A stretch of DNA of 64,000 bases, from the NCBI GenBank assembly GCA_963737905.1, contig CAVTUQ010000022.1, forward strand, positions 138,061 to 202,060. The letters are read 5' to 3'. The stretch is from an uncultured delta proteobacterium (GTDB lineage: Bacteria > Desulfobacterota > Binatia > UBA9968). A program made the position numbers and the translations under genes. Below are positions 39,845 through 48,662 of this stretch, piece after piece. The first letter of the stretch is position 1, and each line of letters begins with the position of its first letter. The notes beneath the pieces are model-generated. The model had not been told where the DNA came from. It did no database searches and saw only the letters and a program-made list of their open reading frames with translations.

Positions 39845-39857
39845 TATCAACAAGTTA
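39845..39857 (+). promoter_or_regulatory. IHF-consensus site
   Basis: TATCAACAAGTTA matches WATCAANNNNTTR exactly, in an AT-rich intergenic tract. Confidence 0.4.
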
Positions 39858-40042
39858 CTAACAGTTCTTGTGGGCTTGAATTTCAGGATGCGCTTCTGGC
39901 GATGCCACTGGGTCGAAGGTAACACCCTCGGTTCTACGGCGGATGCGTGAAGTCCGCCATTTGCGAGAGTCAAAAGCTGTAAACTGGTAAACTAATCGCA
40001 ACAGAAGCAGCGTAGACACACGCAGTGCAAACGGAAATATCA

Positions 40043-40196
40043 GGTTGTATTTCAGGACAAGAATGGAACCCGCGGGGATTGCACCGCCGAGGCGCGGAGG
40101 ACGCGGAGTAAAGAGTTCTTGATAAACGAAATCTCCGATCTCTGCGAACCCTTTGCCTCGGTGGTGAATATTCTTCACAGAAAACTCGGAATAACC
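40043..40196. repeat. MITE/REP-like element with internal inverted arms
   Basis: CACCGCCGAGGCGCGGAGGACGCGGAG (40082-40108) vs CTCTGCGAACCCTTTGCCTCGGTGGTG (40140-40166); loose terminal IRs GGTTGTATTTC / GGAATAACC. Confidence 0.65.
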
Positions 40197-40440
40197 AAAA
40201 TCTTTTTCCGGCTTTGAGAATTTGCTTGAAACTGCTTTGCTGCCTTGGCTCTCCGGGATAATAGAACCTGTTGCCCGATGTGGCGCTCGCGGCGAAGCTA
40301 TAAAACCCGCGAGACGAAATGGCATCTTTCTCGTTTGACTGTCCATAAATCCCCTTGCAAGGACGCTAAACTTGTGTAATAAAAAATTATCTAGCAAAAC
40401 GGCTTTTCATAGATGTGTCGGGAAAGGAGGTGAACTCAGG

Positions 40441-40668
40441 ATGGGAAAGAGAATCGTTTTATTGTCGGGAACAACCCTCTTCGCTTTGATGTTAACCTTT
40501 GCAGGGTGCGGTAAAAAGGAGGAGCCAGCTCCACCTCCCCCGCCGCCGCCAGCGGCGCCAGCGCCGGCAGAACCGGCGGCACCAACTGGTGAAATGAAGG
40601 CCCCCGCCGATCAGCCTTCGGGCGGAGCGCCGATGGAAAAGAAGGACGAGGAAACTAAAACCAAGTAA
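40441..40668 (+). CDS. Small proline/alanine-rich lipoprotein
   Basis: AAAGGAGGTG RBS; lipobox FAGC; KKEEPAPPPPPPPAAPAPAEPAAP; own terminator. Confidence 0.8.
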   Translation: MGKRIVLLSGTTLFALMLTFAGCGKKEEPAPPPPPPPAAPAPAEPAAPTGEMKAPADQPSGGAPMEKKDEETKTK

Positions 40669-40703
40669 AGGTGAATTAACCTTACCGCGGTTTTTGATAA
40701 CCG

Positions 40704-40738
40704 AAAAAGGGGAAGGGTTTATATCCTTCCCCTTTTTT
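40704..40738 (+). terminator. Intrinsic terminator (possibly bidirectional)
   Basis: AAAAAGGGGAAGG-loop-CCTTCCCCTTTTTT. Confidence 0.85.
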
Positions 40739-40764
40739 GCAATCTTGGTCCGGGGTAGTGGCTT

Positions 40765-41487
40765 TTGGCGACAGATTCCTACATGACCTTAACCGAGCAC
40801 CTGGAGGAGCTCCGCTGGTGCTTGCTCAAATCTTTGGCCGCGATAATTTTAGCCTCTGGACTCTGTTATTTTTTTTCAGATGCAATTTTCAAGATCATGG
40901 TAGCCCCGCTTCGACAGAACCTTCGCCCGGGGCAAAGTTTGATTGGGACCGGAGTCACCGAAGCATTTTTCACTCAAATCAAGGTCGCTTTGGTCGGGGG
41001 AGTTTTTTTCTCCTCCCCGGTTATTTTCTATCAGATCTGGCGGTTTATTGCTCCGGGTCTTTCGGGGGGCGAGAGGAGGCTGGTCTTTCCGTTCGTCTTG
41101 TGTGCAACGCTTTTTTTTCTGGGCGGGGCCTTTTTTTGCTACCGGATCGTTCTTCCGGTTGCGTTTCAGTATTTCATCGAGCAATACGGAACGATCGATG
41201 TAACTCCGGCTATACGCATCGGGGAGTATTTCACCTTTTTTTTTCGTATGATCTTGGCCTTTGGCGTGACGTTTGAGTTGCCGGTTTTTACATTTTTTCT
41301 GGTGCGTTTGGGCATCTGGAATTACCGTCTCATGCTCCGTACTTTCCGCTATGCTATCGTTATCATATTTATTGTGGCTGCCATCTTGACGCCGACGCCG
41401 GATGTTATTAATCAATCTCTCCTAGCGGGTCCGATGCTCCTGCTCTACATCGTCAGTATCGGAGTAGCTTACATTTGGCGTAAATAA
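40765..41487 (+). CDS. tatC: Twin-arginine translocase subunit TatC
   Basis: MTLTEHLEELR, EAFF..IKV, YQIWRFIAPGL...ER, FGVTFELP, AAILTP.PD, P..LLY. Confidence 0.95.
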   Translation: MATDSYMTLTEHLEELRWCLLKSLAAIILASGLCYFFSDAIFKIMVAPLRQNLRPGQSLIGTGVTEAFFTQIKVALVGGVFFSSPVIFYQIWRFIAPGLSGGERRLVFPFVLCATLFFLGGAFFCYRIVLPVAFQYFIEQYGTIDVTPAIRIGEYFTFFFRMILAFGVTFELPVFTFFLVRLGIWNYRLMLRTFRYAIVIIFIVAAILTPTPDVINQSLLAGPMLLLYIVSIGVAYIWRK

Positions 41488-41530
41488 ACCCTGTGAATGC
41501 ATATCAATTGAGAAGGGGTGATTAAACATC

Positions 41531-43654
41531 ATGATCCTACTGGTTATTGCGATTAGCTGTTTTTCTTTGCTGTTTGCGGTTTACCTTGCCCGTTACGTCC
41601 TTCAACGCGAGATGGGCACCGAGAAGATGCAAGAGATCTCCAACGCAATCAAAGAGGGCGCCGAGGCATTTCTGTCGCGGCAGAACCGGACGATCGCGTT
41701 CTTTTCCGCAGTGCTGGCGATTTTGATCTTTTTGCTTTACGCCTATGTGAGGACGCCTAGTCCAGTGGATCCGATGCCACCGGTAGAGATGGCTTTCTGG
41801 ACGACGTTCTCCTTTGTGCTCGGGGCGCTCTGTTCTGTGATCGCGGGTTACATTGGCATGTGGGTTTCCATCCGGGCGAATATTCGAACGGCCGCGGCAG
41901 TTCGAACGAGCTTGAACGAAGGGCTGCAGATCGCGATGCGAGGTGGCGCGGTGTCCGGACTCTTCGTTGTCTCCATGAGCTTGCTGGGGGTCGGAGGCCT
42001 TTATTACTTACTTGAAGCACTGGGTCACGATCCGCAAAAGATTCCTTTTACGATCGTCGGTTACGGCTTCGGCGCCTCTTTTGTCGCTCTTTTCGCCCAG
42101 CTTGGTGGCGGCATCTATACCAAAGCGGCAGATGTTGGAGCGGATCTAGTGGGGAAAGTGGAAGCGGGCATTCCCGAGGACGATCCTCGGAATCCGGCGG
42201 TTATTGCCGATCTGGTGGGCGATAATGTCGGTGATTGCGCCGGTCGTGGAGCCGACCTCTTCGAATCCACCGCGGCTGAGAATATCGGTGCCATGATTCT
42301 CGGAGTCGGGCTGTATCCGTTCTTCGGGTTGAAGGGGATTCTCTTTCCGCTCGTCGCCCGCGCCTTCGGTCTGATCGCTTCCATCGTGGGCGTCATGATC
42401 GTAAAGTGCGGCGAAAATGAAGATCCGATGAAAGCGCTTAACCGCGGCTATTATGTGACCAGTGCCTTGGCCATCGTCGGGTTTTTCTTTGCCGCGCAGT
42501 GGCTGCTCGCCGTCGATCCCGCAAAGCATTCGGAAGCGACCTCGGCGTGGTTCTATTTTTTCCTTTGCGGCGTTATCGGCATTGCCATGGCGCAGGCCTT
42601 TGTCTATATCACGCAGTACTATACGGAATACAAATACCGTCCGGTCAAATCTATCGCGGAAGCTTCTCAGACCGGCCCGGCGACGAATATTATCGCCGGT
42701 ATGGCAGTGGGGCTGGAGTGCGTGGCCGTTCCGGTGATCGTAATCTCGGTGGCCATCCTGGCGTCCTATCATCTGGGCAATCTTAGCGGGGTGCCTCATG
42801 CGGGGCTATTTGGTACTGCGGTCGCAACCATGGGAATGCTCGGAACGGCAGCCTATGTTCTCGCCATGGATACCTTCGGACCCATTACGGACAACGCCGG
42901 GGGTATCATAGAGATGAGCGGACAGCCTGAAGAGGTACGCCATAAAACTGACCGACTCGATGCGGTGGGCAACACCACGAAGGCACTCACCAAGGGTTAC
43001 GCTATCGGTTCGGCTGCCCTTGCTGCCTTCCTCCTCTTCTCAGCCTACCTCGATGAAGTGGCACACTATGGCAGCAAACTGCTGTCCGTCAACATTGCCA
43101 AACCGGAAGTCTTCGTTGGAGGGTTGTTAGGCGCGATGTTAGTATTTCTGTTTTCGGCTTTGGCGATTCGGGCAGTGGGCAAGGCAGCCTACTACGTGAT
43201 CAACGAGGTTAGACGGCAGTTCAAGGAAAATCCCAACATATTGAAGGGGACCGCTAAACCCGATTACGGCCGCTGCGTCGACATCGTGACGGTCGGGGCG
43301 CTGAAAGAGATGGTGCTTCCGGGTCTGATCGCCGTGGGTATGCCGATAGCGGTGGGTGTCATATTCCGCTTCTTCGGTCTGGGCGCCGAGGTCGTGGCGG
43401 CGTTTTTGATGGTGGGGACCATTGCCGGGATTTTGATGGCAACGTTCCTGAATAACAGCGGCGGTGCCTGGGACAACGCCAAGAAGTTCATCGAAACAGG
43501 GGCCTATGGGGGGAAAGGTTCCGAGACGCATAAGGCGGCCGTTGTCGGCGATACGGTCGGAGATCCTTTTAAGGATACCGCCGGTCCTAGCCTGCACGTT
43601 CTAATCAAGCTCCTTGCCACGATCACATTAGTCTTGGCGCCACTGTTCGTTTAG
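41531..43654 (+). CDS. hppA: Membrane H+-translocating pyrophosphatase, K+-independent type
   Basis: [53 protein letters not shown] (Lys variant), [15 protein letters not shown]. Confidence 0.95.
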   Translation: MILLVIAISCFSLLFAVYLARYVLQREMGTEKMQEISNAIKEGAEAFLSRQNRTIAFFSAVLAILIFLLYAYVRTPSPVDPMPPVEMAFWTTFSFVLGALCSVIAGYIGMWVSIRANIRTAAAVRTSLNEGLQIAMRGGAVSGLFVVSMSLLGVGGLYYLLEALGHDPQKIPFTIVGYGFGASFVALFAQLGGGIYTKAADVGADLVGKVEAGIPEDDPRNPAVIADLVGDNVGDCAGRGADLFESTAAENIGAMILGVGLYPFFGLKGILFPLVARAFGLIASIVGVMIVKCGENEDPMKALNRGYYVTSALAIVGFFFAAQWLLAVDPAKHSEATSAWFYFFLCGVIGIAMAQAFVYITQYYTEYKYRPVKSIAEASQTGPATNIIAGMAVGLECVAVPVIVISVAILASYHLGNLSGVPHAGLFGTAVATMGMLGTAAYVLAMDTFGPITDNAGGIIEMSGQPEEVRHKTDRLDAVGNTTKALTKGYAIGSAALAAFLLFSAYLDEVAHYGSKLLSVNIAKPEVFVGGLLGAMLVFLFSALAIRAVGKAAYYVINEVRRQFKENPNILKGTAKPDYGRCVDIVTVGALKEMVLPGLIAVGMPIAVGVIFRFFGLGAEVVAAFLMVGTIAGILMATFLNNSGGAWDNAKKFIETGAYGGKGSETHKAAVVGDTVGDPFKDTAGPSLHVLIKLLATITLVLAPLFV

Positions 43655-43669
43655 GCTAATTTCCTTTGG

Positions 43670-43702
43670 AGCAGGCCTCCCGCATGAGAGGCCTGCTTGT
43701 TT
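43670..43702 (+). terminator. Intrinsic terminator after hppA
   Basis: AGCAGGCCTC-loop-GAGGCCTGCT followed by TGTTT. Confidence 0.7.
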
Positions 43703-43754
43703 CAGGCGCCGATAAGTTTCAATCTCCGTTTCGTTTTCGTATGATCGGTCCGGT

Positions 43755-43845
43755 GCCCGGATGGTGGAATTGGTAGACACACGGGACTTAAAATCCCGAG
43801 GACCCGGAAGGGTCCGTGCCGGTTCGAGTCCGGCTCCGGGCACCA
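43755..43845 (+). tRNA. tRNA-Leu(UAA)
   Basis: Acceptor GCCCGGA/TCCGGGC + A-CCA; anticodon arm CGGGA-CT-TAA-AA-TCCCG; long variable arm GGACCC-GGAA-GGGTCC; T-arm GCCGG-TTCGAGT-CCGGC. Confidence 0.97.
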
Positions 43846-43959
43846 AAATGACAGGAAATACGGTTTACAATAATCTTTGTAGGCCAGAATGACCTGCAGT
43901 CCTTTCTGGGTTGGGCCAAGCTTTGAAAACCGAGTGTTATGTCATAGAGTGAGAAGTTG

Positions 43960-44988
43960 ATGGAGCAACCTAAAGTTAGCTTGGCCGATATTGAGGCGCA
44001 GATTGGGGCATGGCTGCGTGAGCAATCCGGCTCCGGCAATGACGTTCTGATCGGCGAAATCATTCGGACGATTATCAGATTGGCGGGGGATGGAACGAGC
44101 CGCGGGGATCTCAAAATTCTCAATCGCACGCTGAAAGAACTGCGCAATGCTTTCAAAGTTTTTGCGCCCTATAGCGCAGTCCGCAAAGTGAGCATTTTTG
44201 GCTCCACCCATATAAAAGAAGATGATCCGTACTATCAGTTGGCCAAACAGCTTGCGGACCGGCTGTCCCAAGAGGGGTTTATGGTTATTACCGGCGCCGG
44301 ACCGGGAATTATGCAGGCCGGCCATGAGGGGGCGGGACGGGAGAAGAGTTTTGGCGTCAACATCCGTTTGCCCGCGGCACAGCAGGCAAACCGGTTTATC
44401 AAAGACGATGCCAAACTGATGAGCTTTCATTTCTTCTTTACCCGCAAGCTCATGTTTGTGAAGGAGGCGGATGCGGTGGTTATATTCCCGGGCGGATTTG
44501 GCACCCACGACGAGCTCACGGAGGCGCTCACGTTGGCGCAAACCGGTAAGAGCCAAATCGTGCCAATCATTCTCATGGATCTTTTCGACAAGCCCTATTG
44601 GCAACAGTGGGAAAAGTTCTTGCGGGAAGCCATGCTGAGCCGCGGCTATATTACTGGCAAGGAGTTTAGTTTCTTCAAAATCATGGACAGCGTCGAGGCG
44701 GCGTTGGGCGAGATCCAGACGTTTTACCGCAATTTTCACTCCTATCGCTTTGTGAAGCGGGACTTGGTGATTCGTCTCAACCATCCGCCGACCCCCGGTC
44801 TCATCGACACGTTGAATCAAGCGTTTGCAGATATTCTCACGGGCGGTAAGATCACGCAGACAGACCCGTTGGCTGAGGAAGCGGACGATCCGGGCACATT
44901 GCATCTATATCGTCTATCGGTTCCTTTTAAGCGCGAGGATTTTGCGCGGCTGCGCCAGATGATCGATGTGATCAATAGCGGAGGTTAG
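43960..44988 (+). CDS. LOG-family (TIGR00730-like) nucleotide phosphoribohydrolase with N- and C-terminal extensions
   Basis: VSIFGS, ITGAGPGIM.A, FFTRKLMF, PGGFGTHDE, QTGK. Confidence 0.88.
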   Translation: MEQPKVSLADIEAQIGAWLREQSGSGNDVLIGEIIRTIIRLAGDGTSRGDLKILNRTLKELRNAFKVFAPYSAVRKVSIFGSTHIKEDDPYYQLAKQLADRLSQEGFMVITGAGPGIMQAGHEGAGREKSFGVNIRLPAAQQANRFIKDDAKLMSFHFFFTRKLMFVKEADAVVIFPGGFGTHDELTEALTLAQTGKSQIVPIILMDLFDKPYWQQWEKFLREAMLSRGYITGKEFSFFKIMDSVEAALGEIQTFYRNFHSYRFVKRDLVIRLNHPPTPGLIDTLNQAFADILTGGKITQTDPLAEEADDPGTLHLYRLSVPFKREDFARLRQMIDVINSGG

Positions 44989-45006
44989 TGGAAAGGAGCG
45001 CGAACT

Positions 45007-45936
45007 ATGGGGTTTCAACGCATCGGTATATTGAGCATCGGTGAGATGGGTTATCACTGGGCCAAGATTCTAACAGCTCAGGGGGTCGAGGTCCTGACCT
45101 ACGCTAAAGACCGTAGCGAGACGACCCGGAAACGGGTAGAGAACGTCGGTGTGAAATGCGTGGCGTCCGTAGCGGTCCTGGTCAAAGATGCCGATCTGAT
45201 CGTTTCCATTGTCGTCCCGTCCGCGGCGAAACGTGTAGCAACCCAAGTTGCAAAAGCGGCTGCCCGGTCGGAGCGCAGGAATCTTCTCTATTTGGACGCC
45301 AACGCGATTTCTCCCATGACCGCGGATCAGATCGGCAAGGTTCTCGAACCCAGCGGGGTTAGCTTTGTGGATGGTTGTATCATCGGATCCGCAACCAAGA
45401 TGGATAAAGGTGCGGTGGTTTACGTGTCCGGACCCCAGGCAGCGACTATTCAAGCACTTCAGTCTTACGGCTTTTCGGTCAAGGTTCTCGGGCCGCGGAT
45501 CGCTCAGGCGTCGGCGTTCAAGGTCGTTTATGCCGGTTTGACGAAAGGGCTACAGGGACTTTTTGTCGAGCTCTTGATGGGTGCCAGAAAATTTGGTTTG
45601 CTCGACGAAATTTTAAAGCGTTACGAGGAGAGTTTCCCAGGGTTGTTAGATAAAGTGACTTCGAGTATCGTCGGTTTGCGTATCCACGCCGGCAGGCGCG
45701 CCGAGGAGATGGACGAACTGAAGCGGACTTTTAACCACCACGGGATGAAGGCCTTCATGGCACCAGCGGTACAGAAGGTTCTGCAATCCATTGCCGAGTT
45801 GGAGGTCGGGAAGGCCTCCGAAACCGGCGGGCGCGAGGGCGACCTTTTGGCGACGCTTGAGCTGTTCTTTCAAAAGGGCCTGCTGCAGGAGCCGAAGGTA
45901 TCGTCGTCCACGGAACCGATGCATGCGGCGGGCTAA
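45007..45936 (+). CDS. NAD(P)-dependent oxidoreductase (beta-hydroxyacid dehydrogenase-like, DUF1932 C-terminus)
   Basis: IGILSIGEMG, DANAISP, FVDG.I.G, ASAFK..YA..TKG, HA.RRA.EM.E. Confidence 0.8.
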   Translation: MGFQRIGILSIGEMGYHWAKILTAQGVEVLTYAKDRSETTRKRVENVGVKCVASVAVLVKDADLIVSIVVPSAAKRVATQVAKAAARSERRNLLYLDANAISPMTADQIGKVLEPSGVSFVDGCIIGSATKMDKGAVVYVSGPQAATIQALQSYGFSVKVLGPRIAQASAFKVVYAGLTKGLQGLFVELLMGARKFGLLDEILKRYEESFPGLLDKVTSSIVGLRIHAGRRAEEMDELKRTFNHHGMKAFMAPAVQKVLQSIAELEVGKASETGGREGDLLATLELFFQKGLLQEPKVSSSTEPMHAAG

Positions 45937-45992
45937 GCGTGATCACGATTCAATCGTCAGTAGACATCTAAACCCAAGGGAGGACTTTTAAA

Positions 45993-47774
45993 GTGGCCAA
46001 AGCACAAAGCAAGGTAGAAAAGAAACAACCGCAGTACGGTTCGGACGTTGTTGTCGATTTAATGAAAGCTTTTGATATCGAGTACGCGGCTTTTAACCCG
46101 GGCGCAACGTTTCGCGGTATCCACGACTCCATCGTCAATTACGGCGGCAACTACAAGCCGGAAGTCATCTTTTGCAATCACGAAGAGATCTCCGTGGCTG
46201 TGGCCCACGGTTTTGCCAAGGTCACGGGCAAGCCGATGATCGCTATCGTGCACAATATGGTTGGTCTGCAGCACGCGAGCATGGCGATTTTCAATGCCTA
46301 TATCGACCGGGTTCCGATCTTGGTCCTAGGGGGAACCGGCCCGATGAACACCAAACGCCGCCGTCCGCGCATCGACTGGATTCACACGGCACTGGTACAG
46401 GGCAACCAGGTGCGTGACTACGTCAAGTGGGACGATCAGCCCTATACCTTAGCCGACGTACCTGATTCTTTTATCCGTGGCTACCGCATCGCCACGACAG
46501 AGCCCATGGCGCCAATCTATATCAACTACGATGCGGATCTCCAGGAAGATGCGCTCACGTCTATTCTTGAGGTTCCCGATGTTAGCCGACATGCCCCGCC
46601 AGCGTCGATGCAGGCAAACCCCGAAGCGCTTCGAAAAGCGGCGGAAATGTTAGTCAATGCCCAAGCGCCGATCATCATCGCGGACACGCTGGGACGCCAT
46701 CCCAAAACCGTGCCCGCGCTGATCGAGTTGGCGGAGCTTTTGGCGGCTCCGGTCATCGACAAAGGCGCCCGCTTTAATTTCCCCACGACCCATCCTTTGG
46801 ATGCGACGGACGGCGCGCGGGAGTTGCTACAGAAGGCCGATGCCATCTTGGCTCTCGATGTAGCGGATCTATTCGGCTCGTTGACAACGGTGAGCAAACA
46901 AACTCGAAACTGTGAGTATGTCACTTCGCCCAGCGTGAAGCTCATTAGCATCTCAATGAATGACATGCTGGTACACTCCTGGGCTAATGACTTTCAGGCG
47001 CTTCAGGCGCTGGATCTGCCCATGTGCGCGGACACCTCGGTCGCGGTACCGGAACTGACCCGACTGTGTCGTGAAGCCATCGGCAACGACGGCAAGACCA
47101 AGGCGGGCCGCGAGGCGCGGCGTCAGGAGCTCGGCGACAAGCACGACAGCCGACGCGCCAAATGGCTCGCGGATGCGCGCGCCAAGGGCTCCCAAAAGGA
47201 GATCTCGACCGCATGGCTGGCACTGGAACTCGGCGAAGTGATCAAGAAAGAGGACTGGGTGCTGGTGAACGGCAATTCCAATGGGTGGGCGCGCCGGCTG
47301 TGGGATTTTACCAAACCGAACCAGTATCTCGGCGGCAGTGGCGGTGCCGGCCTCGGCTACGGACCGGGAGCGGTCATCGGCGCCGCCTTGGCACTGAAGG
47401 GTACGGGCAAATTTCCCGTCAGCATTCAGTCCGACGGCGATATGTTGATGACTTCGAGCTCGCTATGGACTGCGGCCAAACATCGCATTCCGTTCCTCAT
47501 GGTCATGCACAACAACCAGTCGTACTACAACTCGGAGGAACATGGGATCGAAGTCGCAAAGTTCCGCAATCGTCCAGTGGAGAATGCGGGGATCGGAACC
47601 CACGTGGATGACCCGCCGGTGGACTTTGCCAAGATGGCGCAATCATTCGGCGTCAATGGAGAGGGGGCAGTCAGAAACCCGGCCGATCTGCGGCCAGCTC
47701 TCGAGCGCGGCCTGAAGTTCGTCAAGGAAAAACATCTTCCGTACCTGGTGGATGTGATTGCGGAGCCGCGTTGA
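45993..47774 (+). CDS. Thiamine-diphosphate-dependent enzyme (benzoylformate decarboxylase/acetolactate synthase superfamily)
   Basis: YGSD, NPGATFRG.HDS, HEE..V..AHG.AK, H..VGL.HA.MA, GGAGLGYG, SDGD...NN ThDP motif. Confidence 0.85.
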   Translation: MAKAQSKVEKKQPQYGSDVVVDLMKAFDIEYAAFNPGATFRGIHDSIVNYGGNYKPEVIFCNHEEISVAVAHGFAKVTGKPMIAIVHNMVGLQHASMAIFNAYIDRVPILVLGGTGPMNTKRRRPRIDWIHTALVQGNQVRDYVKWDDQPYTLADVPDSFIRGYRIATTEPMAPIYINYDADLQEDALTSILEVPDVSRHAPPASMQANPEALRKAAEMLVNAQAPIIIADTLGRHPKTVPALIELAELLAAPVIDKGARFNFPTTHPLDATDGARELLQKADAILALDVADLFGSLTTVSKQTRNCEYVTSPSVKLISISMNDMLVHSWANDFQALQALDLPMCADTSVAVPELTRLCREAIGNDGKTKAGREARRQELGDKHDSRRAKWLADARAKGSQKEISTAWLALELGEVIKKEDWVLVNGNSNGWARRLWDFTKPNQYLGGSGGAGLGYGPGAVIGAALALKGTGKFPVSIQSDGDMLMTSSSLWTAAKHRIPFLMVMHNNQSYYNSEEHGIEVAKFRNRPVENAGIGTHVDDPPVDFAKMAQSFGVNGEGAVRNPADLRPALERGLKFVKEKHLPYLVDVIAEPR

Positions 47775-47793
47775 GTCGGTAGGGGTGTAGTAT

Positions 47794-48628
47794 TTGACCA
47801 ACGATCCTTACAAAGACTTTCGTCAGGCCGTCGACCGAGCCGAAACTGAAATCGACCTCGGGCGGGCGGCCTTGACGATTGCCGCAGTCGGATTATCCCA
47901 ATCTCGACATCGATACTTACGTTACTCGCATCGAGGAGTTAGCGTCTGCCGCAGAAGCGCGCTTGCGCGGAGAGGCCGATGCTTACCGATCCATCGCTGC
48001 CCTTAACCACGTCCTATTTCAGGAGCGCGGTTTTCACGGTAACCGCGAGCATTATTTTGATCCCAAGAATAGCTTCTTGAACGAAGTGCTCGACCGAAAG
48101 ACCGGCATCCCGATCTCTCTTTCAGTTCTCTACATAGAAGTCGGGCAGAGGATCGGGCTGCCGCTTCACGGCGTCGGTTTCCCTGGCCACTTTTTGGTCA
48201 AGTATATCGGCGACAACGAGGACATCGTGGTCGACCCGTTCAACCGAGGAGAGATTCTGTCTGAGAATAGCCTCAAAATCATGCTCTATAGACTCTATGG
48301 CGGCACGATAGCCTTTGATCCCGACCTGATCGAGTCCATCAGCAAGAAACAGATCCTCAGAAGGATGCTCAACAATCTCAAAATCATATACTTGGGACAA
48401 GACGATCTTATCAAGGGATTGTCGGTTGTGGAGCATCTTGTGCTCTTAGATCCAGCCTCAGGGGAGGACATCCGGGATCGCGGGCTGATTTATTTGCGGC
48501 TTGAATGCTTCAGGCAAGCGCTGGAAGATCTTGAGAGTTACCTTCGTCTCGCGCCGCATGCCAAAGATGCGCAAGCCGTAAAAGAGCAAGTCGCAGTCCT
48601 AGCAAAGCAGGTCGCGCAGATTCACTAG
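47794..48628 (+). CDS. SirB1/YchA-like transglutaminase-core + TPR protein (frameshift ~47890)
   Basis: F.GN...YFDPKNSFL..VL.RK.GIPISL, GV.FPGHF, DPF..G, R.L.NLK, RDRGL; ORF 47794 supplies the N-terminus. Confidence 0.85.
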
Positions 48629-48662
48629 AGGTGAGATGTTTGGTTAAACCGAGCGATCGAAC

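Noticed and set aside
39500-39870. Chromosomal origin (oriC)
   Set aside because: Only two or three imperfect DnaA boxes, no dnaA/dnaN/gidA nearby, and gene-strand bias does not switch across the region.
39858-40397. 179-aa minus-strand ORF
   Set aside because: Largely a translation through the MITE-like repeat, with no recognisable domain or RBS.
43942-44904. Long antisense or alternate-frame ORFs (e.g. 43942..44904, 49149..50246, 30978..31898)
   Set aside because: They shadow well-supported genes on the opposite strand and have no motifs; expected in GC-rich coding DNA.
43755-48628. Genomic island integrated at tRNA-Leu
   Set aside because: No integrase and no second copy of the tRNA 3' end seen; downstream genes look like ordinary metabolic genes.
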